In this document: piece after piece, positions 23,944 through 36,688 of the stretch
Layout: each line of letters begins with the position of its first letter
Position numbering within the stretch: position 1 is the stretch's first letter
DNA from: Octopus sinensis
Lineage: Eukaryota
Direction: 5' to 3'
Assembly: GCF_006345805.1 (NCBI RefSeq)
Contig: NC_042999.1
Coordinates: forward strand, 91,078,001-91,142,000
Length of the DNA: 64,000 bases
Translations under genes and position numbers: made by a program
Notes under the pieces: model-generated
The model's input: only the letters and a program-made list of their open reading frames with translations
Told to the model about the DNA's origin: nothing
Database searches by the model: none

Positions 23944-25442
23944 ACAACATCACACTAGATAAAACCAATGAAATAAAAGAATTAGACCAAAGCCAAACTT
24001 ACAAATACTTAGGAATCCATGAACTAGATAAGACACAACACACACAAATGAAAGAGAAAATAAAAAAAGAATATTATAGACGAGTTAGATCAATACTAAA
24101 AACAGAGCTCAATGCTAAAAACAAGATAATAGGTATCAACACTTTAGCTGTCCCAGTTATAAGTTACAGCTACAATATCCTTAACTGGACACGAAATGAA
24201 CTGTCCAAAATAGATAGGAAAACAAGAAAAATACTGACAGGATCTAGGATGCATCACCCAAAATCTGACATAGAAAGACTATATATACAACGTATAGAAG
24301 GTGGTAGAGGCCTTATACAGCTGGAAAACTACTATAAAATAACCACCATAGGACTGCAAAAATACCTACATCAGAAGGAAGGAAAACTGATCCAGATAGC
24401 AGCAAAACACGAGCAAAACAAAAAACTGTTCTCAGTATTTAAGGAAGCTGACAAATACAAACAAGAAATCATACCACCTAATAAACACAAAGAAGAAGAA
24501 GATGATGAAGAAACAACAAAAGCTATAAAACAAATGAAATCCAAACTAAAAATAGAACAGCAACGAGCCATGATAAAACGATGGCAAGAAAAGCCCCTTC
24601 ATGGTAAATACTGCACTAAACTAAACGCAAAAGAAATAGACAAAGAAAAATCCCAGCAATGGTTGAGAAGCTCAGGACTCAAAGCAGAAACAGAGGGATT
24701 TTTAATTGCAGCACAAGACCAAAGCCTCCCCACCAGAAATTACCAAAAACATGTAATGAAAAGAAATATTACAAGTAACTGCAGAATATGTGGAGATGGA
24801 CAAGAAACAATAAATCATATTATCTCTAGCTGCCCAGTCCTGGTTAAGAAGGAATATATTCACAGACATGACAGAGTTGGAACCTACATACATTGGAAGC
24901 TATGCCAACATTATGGAATAACAACAGAAAAAAGATGGTATAGGCACACACCAGAAAAGGTCACAGAAAATGAGAAAGCAACCATACTCTGGGATATGCC
25001 GATACACACAGATAGAGAAATTAAGGCCAACAGACCAGATATAGTTGTCAGAGATCATGAAGAAAAAAATGCTTTCTAATTGATGTATTAATACCGGCAG
25101 ATGACAACGTGTCTCTAAAAGAAATAGAGAAACTCTCAAAATACAAAGACCTGGAAATAGAGGTAACTAGAATGTGGGACCTGAAAACAGAAACAATTCC
25201 TATCATAGTAGGTGCATTAGGCATGATAAAAAAATATTCAGACAAATACATAACAAAAACACCAGGACTTACAAACACATATAACATACAGAAAATTGCA
25301 CTACTAGGCACTGCACACATCCTACGCAGAACACTTTCCATACAATAACCATCAGAGCATCACAACAAATCACAGCACATACCCAAGGCACACAGAGCTG
25401 CGCTCGGTAGTGAAGTGAAAGCACGCTATAAAAATAAAACTA

Positions 25443-25445
<3 letters not shown>
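23944..25445 (+). mobile_element. 5'-truncated R4/Dong-clade non-LTR retrotransposon (RT C-terminus, CCHC zinc finger, restriction-like endonuclease) in (AAT)n
   Basis: YKYLG, CRICGDGQETINHIISSC, RHDRV, NRPDIVV..(F)LIDV, KLSKYKDL, PIIVGALG, LQKIALLG-type C-terminus. One -1 frameshift in the A-run at about 25062-25070. The 3' UTR ends AAAATAAAACTACTG followed by (AAT)n. Confidence 0.9.
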
Positions 25446-25530
<85 letters not shown>

Positions 25531-25533
<3 letters not shown>

Positions 25534-26085
25534 GCCCTGATGCAGTACCAGGCAGTGGCTCTCATGGCTTCTGATCTTAACTGATTGGAAGTGTTATCAT
25601 GTACATTGTTTTGTCTTGGTATAAAAGATGGGCTACAGCAAATATTCTGCTCAATACCACAGATTTGCTTGTCAGTTGTTTGACCTTAACCAGTTGAGCA
25701 TGTCCCCTAGTGGCTGACGATATGTGCATCTCTGATCACGAGCAGAAGTAGTGGGGGAGTATCATAGCCATGTGTTGAGAGGGATTCTTTGGGGTTTGAA
25801 TAATTCACCTCTGGAAACATGGGTGGTTCTTTCAACATCCTTAAACAACCCTTATTCAGGGACCTTGAGCGGGATGGGCTTCTCAACCTGAAGAAAATTC
25901 TAACTGGGCCCCACCTGCAAGGTCATGTGCTGTTTATCTTGATATGAGATCACCATGTCTCGCACGTATGGTTGTGATGCATGTGCCTGATGTACTCTTA
26001 TCAGACGGGTAGACATGATGGGTATATTGGGCTTCGTATATTTTACCCCAGTGTCACTTTGATGACATGAACTGCTCTCTCACTC
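25531..26085. mobile_element. Element X, copy 2 (longer)
   Basis: See copy 1; flanked by (AAT)n on both sides; no long ORF. Confidence 0.75.
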
Positions 26086-26098
26086 AATAATAATAATA

Positions 26099-26164
<66 letters not shown>

Positions 26165-26192
26165 TAATAACAATAATAATAATAATAATAAT

Positions 26193-26497
<305 letters not shown>

Positions 26498-26516
26498 AAG
26501 AAGAAGAAGAAGAAGA

Positions 26517-26730
26517 ATATGGGGACAGTATCAGAAGGCATCAAGAGGAATATAAAAGGAATTGGAATAGAGTGCCCAATAGAACTGTTACCAAGGTTTT
26601 GTCTCCTTGGCACGCCCAGAATAATCAGGAAAGATTATTATTAGGCGGGTCTTAAGCGCTTGAAATTACAGGTAATAACCCTCTACCCACATAAATTCTA
26701 TCAGGAATTAGAACGAGCATGAGCCATATC
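26517..26730 (+). mobile_element. 3' fragment of a second R4/Dong-like family
   Basis: Translates GTVSEGIKRNIKGIGIECPIELLPRFCLLGTPRIIRKDYY*, matching the GALG...LLGT..I.RK RLE C-terminus. Different 3' UTR, ending at AATAATAAT. Confidence 0.65.
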
Positions 26731-26744
26731 AATAATAATAGTAG

Positions 26745-26935
26745 TTTCAAATTTTGATACAAGGTCAGCAATTTCAAGGGAGGGGATAAGTCGATTACAT
26801 CGACTCCATTGCTCAACTGGTACATTGTTTTATCAACCCCGAAAGGATGATAGGCAATTCTGACCTTGGTGGAATTTGAACTCAGAGCGTAATGATCGAC
26901 GAAATGCAGCTAAGCATTTTGCCAGACGTCCTAAT
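26745..26935 (-). mobile_element. SINE family B
   Basis: GTCGATTACATCGAC...TTTATCAACCCCGAAAGGATGATAGGC...GAATTTGAACTCAGAGCG. Confidence 0.8.
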
Positions 26936-27009
26936 ACATACATACACACGCACACACTTAGATACACACACACATATACAAGAAACTTACATTTTCCTAA
27001 GATTTGCTA

Positions 27010-27365
27010 GGCGCAGGAGTGGTTTTGTGGTAAGTAGCTTGCTTACCAACCACATGGTTCCGGGTTCAGTCCCACTGCGTGGCACCTTGGGCAAGTGTCT
27101 TCTACTATAGCCTCGGGCCGACCAAAGCCTTATAAGTGGATTTGGTTGACGGAAACTGAAAGAAGCTTGTCGTATATATGTATATGTATATTTTTTTCTC
27201 TGTGTTTGTCCCCCCAACATCGCTTGACATCCGATGCTGGTGTGTTTACGTCCACATAACTTAGTGGTTCGGCAAAAGAGACCGATAGAATCAGTACTAG
27301 GCTTACAAATAATAAGTTCTGGGGTCGATTTGCTCGACTAAATGACTGAAACAAGTAAAAGAGTA
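27010..27365 (+). mobile_element. SINE family A, near full length
   Basis: tRNA-like head GGAGTGGTTTTGTGGTAAG..GGTTCCGGGTTCAGTCCC, CORE-like CACCTTGGGCAAGTGTCTT, internal TA tract, tail GACTGAAACAAGTAAAAGAG (the CCAGCATGGCC block is deleted). Confidence 0.85.
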
Positions 27366-28730
27366 AAGATAGTATGCTCTTGCATGCACAAAAATATATT
27401 CACGCAAAGTCTATTGTTTCATATCATTAGTGCACTTCTCACTTCCCATTCAAGATATCTATTAATTATTTGAGGTTTGCAGAGGTAGAAGTATTTAGCA
27501 ATATGTTTGTTACTATTTAATCAAAATAGCTATTATTCAATTAGTTACTCAACTACAGTAAAAAAAAGCTATTAGAAACACCTTCTGCACGAATAAGTAA
27601 ATCGGAAACGGTTTCTACATGGAATACAAAATATAAACAATAATTCAGTTAACATATTGAATGCAGAGATTATCGGAAAACTTAATTGAGAATATTCATG
27701 TGTTGGTGGAAAACCAATACAAGTCCGTGTTTAATATTTATAATTTTTCCAGTAATAAAGAGAAAAATGTTATGGCATGTTTTGATTTCATTTTGACCTT
27801 ATTCACCATACAGGAGTAGAGATAGAAAAATCACTCAGTGTATGTACACGAATGTAGATTGATTGACGTTTGAAAATGAAACTGTTTACAGAATAAATAA
27901 CTGGCAGATAAGTTAGTGTATACAATATTTAATGCTAGGGAGTATTAAGAATATTATATTTCGGGACGGTCATTTTTAATATTTTTGCCAAATAAACACA
28001 GGCATATATATATTCGGTCTTCACTTCTGCTTTTTAGTGTCCTCTCGCTGAAATCTTTCGTTACACATCCTGCGATCTCTTCAGCAACTCTCCATTCCAC
28101 GTGTCTCCTCCTGTTCTGTTTAGCCCACCATGTCTTTCAATGATGTGTATCCTTATTCGCGCATGTGTTTGCGACTGTATCTGTGTGTGTTTGCGCGCAC
28201 GCGTGTCTATGTGTTTTATATGTATGTTTTGTGTGTATATGGATTTGCTTATTAAGAACCTAATTAGAAATTACTATACAGTAAGTATAAAGTAAAATCA
28301 GTGTCTAATTATTCTCCCATTTAACACCAACTTACATATGTTTTCACTTGACAATGGTTTGTCGGAATTAATCGTTTCTAATTAGTATAAGAATGATACC
28401 ATGTTTACGTTACTCAAGAATAATATTATAATAAAATTGAAGATATGGATATCTTTCCTAGATTCCTATGCTACGTACTCTTTATCCTATCTTGAATTAA
28501 ATATGTTAATATTTACTCAACTGTGTAGCTGTGAGTTAGCACGTCATATTTCGTAAGGTGTATAGTTGTTTTATATTTTAAGCAAAAGTTATTCAAACAG
28601 TACACACGCACAAAAACACACAAACACATATATATAAGTATGTATGTATGTATGTATGTATGTATGTATGTATGTATGTATGTATGTATGTATGTATGTA
28701 TGTATGTATGTATGTATGTATGTATGTATG

Positions 28731-30150
<1,420 letters not shown>

Positions 30151-31868
30151 TGTATGTATGTGTGTGTGTGAATGTGTGTATGTATGTGTGTGTGTGTATG
30201 TATGTAATATATGTATTATGCTGATTGCTTCTGGTGATAATGTATCCAGGAAAATACTTCGAGGTAAGACCTGAGTATTCACCTTCTGGTCCTTCCAGCC
30301 GATGCTGTTTCTTCGAAAAGAAAACTGTTCTATATGCAATTCTCTGCACATTTCACTCACTATAATTGATTCTTGATGCGATGGGAAATGGTGGAACATA
30401 AAGCGTCATCCATTCGGAAGGATGTAAATTGAAAACCTGCTGGTAGGTGGCTTGGAATATTTGTCTCTTCTTTCCCCAATGATACGATTAAGGTATTAGG
30501 CATTACCTCTCATGATTGAGTAACCTTTTTCAAGGGTAATACTTTTCCTCTCTTAATAAGAACGGACTTAGATTAGGTCGTACAAACATTATTAGCTTAA
30601 TTCTGGAATTGCAAACTTGTGGTTGGTGTTTCTCCATTTTTACAACATTCTAAGAAGTTTTAGCATTTAACCACGATTTGAGTTCCACTATACATGTAGT
30701 ATTAAGTTGGTTTAATAATGTTTATTCAATTCGCTGCAGAAACACGACATCTGGGTCCGTTTTCACTATGTGGAATTTTGGGAAAGTGTCTTATCGAGTC
30801 TTCAATGAAATTGGGTTGACAGAAACTCTGCAGGGTCTCATCGGGCCATTTGTAATTGTAACATATCAATTCAGTTTCATAATACACTGCCGCGCTAATA
30901 CTGACAGAGGATTACGTTGAACTCACCTTAACATACAATACACAGTTGACAGGCCATCTTTATGGTCGGTAAATATAAGATGGTTCCACCGAGATGAAGT
31001 GAAGAAAGCTGCTATCAAGAGAAACAGGATTTCGTATGACTGCCATGTGTTTTTAGGAGTTCCAGAGTAATGACATTTATTTTCATCGACTTAAATCTGT
31101 CCGTAAGAAATATGGGAATATTGAACCATTGAAATTATATTTTCTGTAACGTTAAGTTGAACATTTGCTTATGCATCTTGGAGAGTAAGGGCAACTTTAA
31201 GGTAATTTGATAGAGGGAGAAATACTATCACAGAATAATTTTAGGTTTCGATCTGCCAAAATTCCTTAAAACTGATACACTGAATAACATTATCTTAGAT
31301 ACACAAACTTTGAAATTGTGAATGGAATAATCATTGTTCGAATGTTTTTTTATTTTTTTTTTATTAAATATCTATTCGATCTAGACTGAAAAAGAAATAA
31401 TCAAAAACAATGACGTGGATTTGCATCTCATTCATATATTATGATTTGACTCACAAATAAGGGACACTCCCAACGACAGGAAAGCTATCCTTATTACTTA
31501 GTTTTAAATGTGTATCATGATAAGCATATCGACAAAAAGTTTACAAAGTTCACTAGCAACAGCTGTAGTCGACATGAATAAGCAAATGACACAACATTTC
31601 AGACGAGTTCAATGCGATAGATATTTACACTGCATTGAAACATCAGGCTTGATTTCGTCCTTAAATAAGTAATTGGATAAGAGGAACAACCCGATATCTG
31701 AAACTTCGTACAGGATTTTCTATCCAATATTAAATATAGTATCGAGGATGTTTGTTTTTAGATTTCCTTGATTTGATGTTCTAATAACTATAATAATGTC
31801 AATAAAAATATTATAGCCGAGAAAATTTTAAAAGGAAAAAAACACTTATGGTGAGAATTAAGAACTTC

Positions 31869-32105
<237 letters not shown>

Positions 32106-32169
32106 ATGGCAAAACCCCCAGGAAAAATATAATAAGCAGAATATATGAAAAACTTGAAGAAAATGTGGA

Positions 32170-32500
32170 TATTGGGAATAAGCAATTAAACCAAATACAG
32201 ACTTTGAGATACTGTGAAATTAATGAATCAGACTGACATTATGTGCACATAAAGGCAAATGTTAGGAACGATTATTATAGACGCTTTATAATAATACTTA
32301 AAACAGAGCTAAATGTAAGAAATCGGGGTAATAGGCATTAATACTTTAGCTATCACAGAAATATGTTATAATTATATTCTCAAATGGGCGCTAAATAAAT
32401 TAACTGGGTTAGACATGAAAAATCAAGCAAAATAACGACTGTATTTAGAATATGGCAGACCAAATCTGACACGCAAAGATTATATTTACCGGGAATACCG
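32170..32500 (+). pseudogene. Old degenerate R4/Dong RT fragment downstream of (AAT)n
   Basis: TATTATAGACG...ATACTTAAAACAGAGCTAAATGT...AATAGGCATTAATACTTTAGCT...CAAATCTGACAC.CAAAGATTATAT aligns with about 24070-24290. Confidence 0.7.
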
Positions 32501-32939
32501 CAAAAAATATTATAAAATGTATTTACCAAGAATGCGTAAAATATATAAAATATTCACGCTTGAATCATAAAAATATTGGTAAGAAAAATGAAAAAGTAAT
32601 AGACATAACAGCAAAATGAAAATAACAAAAACAAAAAAAGACACTGTCTTTTACCTTCTAAAAACTAAAAACATACAAAACAAAGGTTGAAATAATAGAT
32701 ATGTCCGAAGAGAAATGAAGTGGGATACAAATTGTAAAAGGAAAAAAAGAAGAAAAAAGAAAAATAGAATAGAAAAATAGCTAAGTTGATGTTTTGAATT
32801 ATGAAGCTAAAATGAGAGCTACAAACGTTCCTTATTGACCAATCATAAAGTAAATGAAGCGCAGAGGGCATAAGTTTGACTGAATAACAGATCAAATCCT
32901 TTCTACAAGAAACTACCAATAATACATAAGCTTTTCTAC

Positions 32940-33145
32940 GGTAGACACAAGACCTGAAATTTGGGGTCAAGGGACTAGTCGATTACATCGACCGCAGTAT
33001 TCAACAGCTGCTCATTTCATCAACCCCCAAAGAATGAAAGGCAAAACCGACCTCGTCGGATTTTGAGCTCAGAACATAAAGACGGACGAAATACCGCTGA
33101 GCCTTTTGTCCAGCGTGTTGACGATTGTAGCATTTCATCGCCTTC
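32940..33145 (-). mobile_element. SINE family B
   Basis: GACACAAGACCTGAAATTTGGGG..AGTCGATTACATCGACC...GAATGAAAGGCAAAACCGACCTCG...CTCAGAACATAAAGACGGACGAAATACCG. Confidence 0.8.
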
Positions 33146-33326
33146 ACCAATGGTATATAATACAGTAACATAGATAGGATGAATCTCGATCAGAATTTCC
33201 GAACATGAATGTGCAGTTTTGCGATCAACTGAACAACCAGGCTCATTATATTAGCGTGTAAATTGTTAACTATTCTAGAGACACATGTACTTATAGTATA
33301 ATTATCAAATTGAATTACATGGCACG

Positions 33327-33516
33327 TGTGACATGGACTTCTATAGTTTCTGTGGAACCAATTTTATTAACATCGAATGACGTCTTTTATCGCGTCTTAA
33401 GGTGAGTTCAATGTAATAATGATAACTTCAGCAAGTATCATTTTCTGTGGCTTCAGGTTGACCCATTCGATGTTAATTAAATTGGTTCCACAGAAACTAT
33501 AGAAGTCCATGTCACA
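33327..33516. mobile_element. MITE-like element with about 53-bp terminal inverted repeats
   Basis: TGTGACATGGACTTCTATAGTTTCTGTGGAACCAATTT..ATTAACATCGAATG (33327-33379) versus its reverse complement at 33464-33516; no clear TSD. Confidence 0.75.
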
Positions 33517-33600
33517 GTTCCGCTTCATTAAGCGGATACGAAACCTAGATTTCAAAGCAAACCTTTTTAACTAATTGGCCATACTGCACCTGAAGTAGTG

Positions 33601-33716
33601 TGCACAGCACCTAGGTTTCCCAGGTGGTCACTCATCTAAGTACAAATCTGGTTCGACGTTGGTAAACTTCTGTAACCGAATGACAACCAGAATGTTCAAC
33701 TGATATGGATGTAAGC
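33601..33716 (-). pseudogene. 5S rRNA pseudogene (full length, diverged)
   Basis: The minus strand GCTTACATCCATATCAGTTGAAC...GAAGTTTACCAACGTCGAACCAGATTTGTACTTAGATGAGTGACCACCTGGGAAACCTAGGTGCTGT aligns end to end with the invertebrate 5S consensus (..GAAGTTAAGCAACGTCGAGCCCGGTTAGTACTTGGATGGGTGACCGCCTGGGAATACCGGGTGCTGT). No oligo-T terminator follows. Confidence 0.8.
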
Positions 33717-35994
33717 GAAGCAGAGTAGATTAAGGACCAGCATAATATGGGGAAATTCAGAAGAAACAATTGATCACCATGTCTCTGCATACCCAAGAAA
33801 GAATTCGCCTATTGGTGCGATCGAGTTGGAACATAAACTTCATAAACATAAATTGTGACAAGAAAAAGACGGCAGAAAGATAAACTACAAAAGATCTTGG
33901 GAATGTTAATGTAATCTTACTATAAGATATATCAATACACATAGACAAAGAAGATCAAGTCTTATGAACAGAATGGTGTCAAGAGCAATCCTGAAAGTAT
34001 GTGTTACTTGGCTGAAGTATGAATCCACTCAGCTATGGATACATTACTCAATAATAAAAATTTAGAAATAAAGATAGCTAGAAAAAAATGAAGATTGGAA
34101 AGAAAACCATCTACAGTAATCAAGTGTTGGGAAATGTGGAAAAGATTTGCACACAAATACATTAACCAAACTCTAGGGCATAAACATATGCAAATCACTA
34201 TTAAACATTCCATAGAAATTATATAGATTACTTTAATAGAATAGAATATAGAAACCCAATAAAAAAATATAAAGGGAAACACTCCACATTCAATTAGTAT
34301 ACAGATATACACGAAAGAAAATGCTGCATATTCCTTTAGTATACAGCGTATCCTTTTTGTTCGAGTACACATCCACTCACTTCTGCATACTCTACATGCC
34401 CGATATTTTCAAATAAACGTGCTTACTAATTCCTGCTGCGTTTCGTGAAATTTGGTAAGGTTACTACTAATGTAGCCATTCGTATTTGGTGCCTCAAACA
34501 GTACATGAAATTCATTTGCGTTTCCGATCCGGAAACCACTCCCAGTAGATTAACACACCAAATATCTTTGGAAATACAGCAAAATAGTACACCAGTAGAT
34601 CCGTCGAAAAATGTGTGCATCGTCATCGTCCCGTAAAACATTCTCAACATATTGCCGCTCATAACCACCATTAATGCCTTATAGAATGCAAGGCTGCAAT
34701 GGTTGATACGGGATGTAAGCGTCTAGCACAATTTCAGTCGTTATGTCAAATGTCTATTTTCAGCGTACGCTTCATACAGAACTGCAGCTCAGTCAAACTG
34801 ACAAGTTAGGGAAATACGTGACTTAAACGTGACAACCAGACCTGCTCATCGTCGCAACTACTACATGCATGGGATCTATGGAAAGGCTATTAGAGACCGG
34901 AATCCTAACCACTTGGAATCAACCACTTTCAAAGACTCGTAAGTGATGATGCTCCTGTCTGACAAGATGTTCTTTGCAGTAAAGCACAATGTCAGTCGGT
35001 ACTACTTCAGCAAATCACATGAGATATTCGCTACATCTGCTCAACATTTCACAGATAGATTCCTTTCAGCTGTTTCTGTGACATTTGCTACACCACTAGT
35101 AATGATTAATATGATTTTCCTCTCCTGCGAGTACTAATCATATATCGCATATTTTAACGGGACACCCAAAATCCAAAGACAGACGCCAACCAGCAAGTTC
35201 TGAGTCGCAAGCTCACCGATTAACGGCGATTGTTATCACCAAATATTTTACACTTGGTGTGAAACCCTTCGATTCCCAACGAGATCAAATCCATGATGGT
35301 GCGGTCGACAATGCATTCAGACACTCTTCTTGCTGCATCCTAAACACAGCAGAACTACCCACAAAATATCCACTTTCCAAAGCAAAACCCAGGAACAAAT
35401 TAATTATTAAAACTCTGCAGATAGTTTTAGAAGTATAAAACGTAAAGTCGAATTAAGTGGGATAGAAAGTAAAGGGGCTACAAAATCGTCTGAAACTTAT
35501 TTTGTCTGACACTCTACTGCTTCTTTTATTACTCTAATGCTAACGATAAAAGTAGAAATATATGTTTATCCTATATTCAAACGCACTATAGTCAATTAAT
35601 TAATCTTTCCTCACAGCAGGTAAAAGTCAATTTAATGCAAACTAAGATTAATAAATCATCGTTACACTTGGCTGACCTTAGAAGTCACATTGATCTAATT
35701 TTATAAATACTTTTTCATAACGTGAAACACGGATTATGGCGACAAAGAAACGTATTACATTTCTCAACAATGGCTTCATATTATCTTGCAGTTTTGCAAC
35801 AGAACTATATATGTGAATCTGTTATAATACCTCAACTGATTCACATGTAAATTCCGTGCTGTCCCTTTTGCCCTGAAGATATTTCTCTCAAAACCTTAAA
35901 AATGCAAAATTGTCTCATTTTATATATTTTGTAATTTGTATTGAGTGTAAATTGAAACAATTGTAGGTAATGTTAGTTAATTAAAAATTAATTT

Positions 35995-36088
35995 ATTATA
36001 TCTCTCAATAATAAATTATATCTCTCAATAATATCGCTCAATAATAAATCTTATATCTCTCAATAATATCTCTCAATAATAAATCTTA
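35995..36088. repeat. Minisatellite built on TATCTCTCAATAA(TAAAT..), 5 copies
   Basis: Direct inspection. Confidence 0.85.
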
Positions 36089-36117
36089 GAGCGAGTTATA
36101 AACAGTAGCTGCAACAC

Positions 36118-36346
36118 ATCGTGACGTATATTTGCCATTTCAATATAGCTAACCCCTAAGGGTGGATGCTACTGTAGTTTGTAGCCCCAAGGAGGACATC
36201 TCCTCCAGCTGGCTTTAGACACACTTTCTGTACCCTATCAGTGTGTCTAAAGCCACCTGGAGGAGGTGTCCTCCTGGGGCTATAAACTACAGTAGCATCC
36301 ACCCTTAGGGGTTAGCCATATTTAAATGGCAAATATACGTCACGAT
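36118..36346. mobile_element. Near-perfect fold-back MITE (related degenerate half at about 61075-61130)
   Basis: ATCGTGACGTATATTTGCCATTT...GGCTTTAGACACACT is mirrored by AGTGTGTCTAAAGCC...AAATGGCAAATATACGTCACGAT; short central spacer. Confidence 0.85.
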
Positions 36347-36437
36347 ATTATATCTCTATTTTCTTACTTAATGATATTACACACACACACACCACACACA
36401 CACACACAAACATACACACACATATAAGTCTGTATGT

Positions 36438-36688
36438 ATATCATTTAATAAACATAGGATTTAAATGTCACCCACTAGAAATGTTGTGCTAGGCTAGTAT
36501 AGTAATCGTACGAACTTGTATTTGCGTGTCGTGTATTATCTTGCAACACCTTAAACTCAAAATGAATATGGCTGATGGTTTTCTGAAAAATTAAACAGCA
36601 CTGTATAGATACTCCTCCGATTATTGTAATATGAAAGCGTTAAAATTATAGTAGCTCACATTTAAATCCTGTGTTTATTAAATTATAT
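36438..36688. mobile_element. MITE-like element with about 26-30-bp TIRs
   Basis: ATTTAATAAACATAGGATTTAAATGT (36443-36468) versus ACATTTAAATCCTGTGTTTATTAAAT (36658-36683). Confidence 0.6.

Noticed and set aside
25531-25600. HDV-like ribozyme at the left end of element X (GGC-TCTCATG-GCT resembles P3/L3)
   Set aside because: No matching P1 5' strand, P1.1, P4 or J4/2 could be built.
30270-31100. Gypsy RNase H/integrase-like words (FTDHK, SENGPR) on the minus strand
   Set aside because: Isolated 4-5 residue matches with the wrong spacing and no LTRs; compatible with chance.
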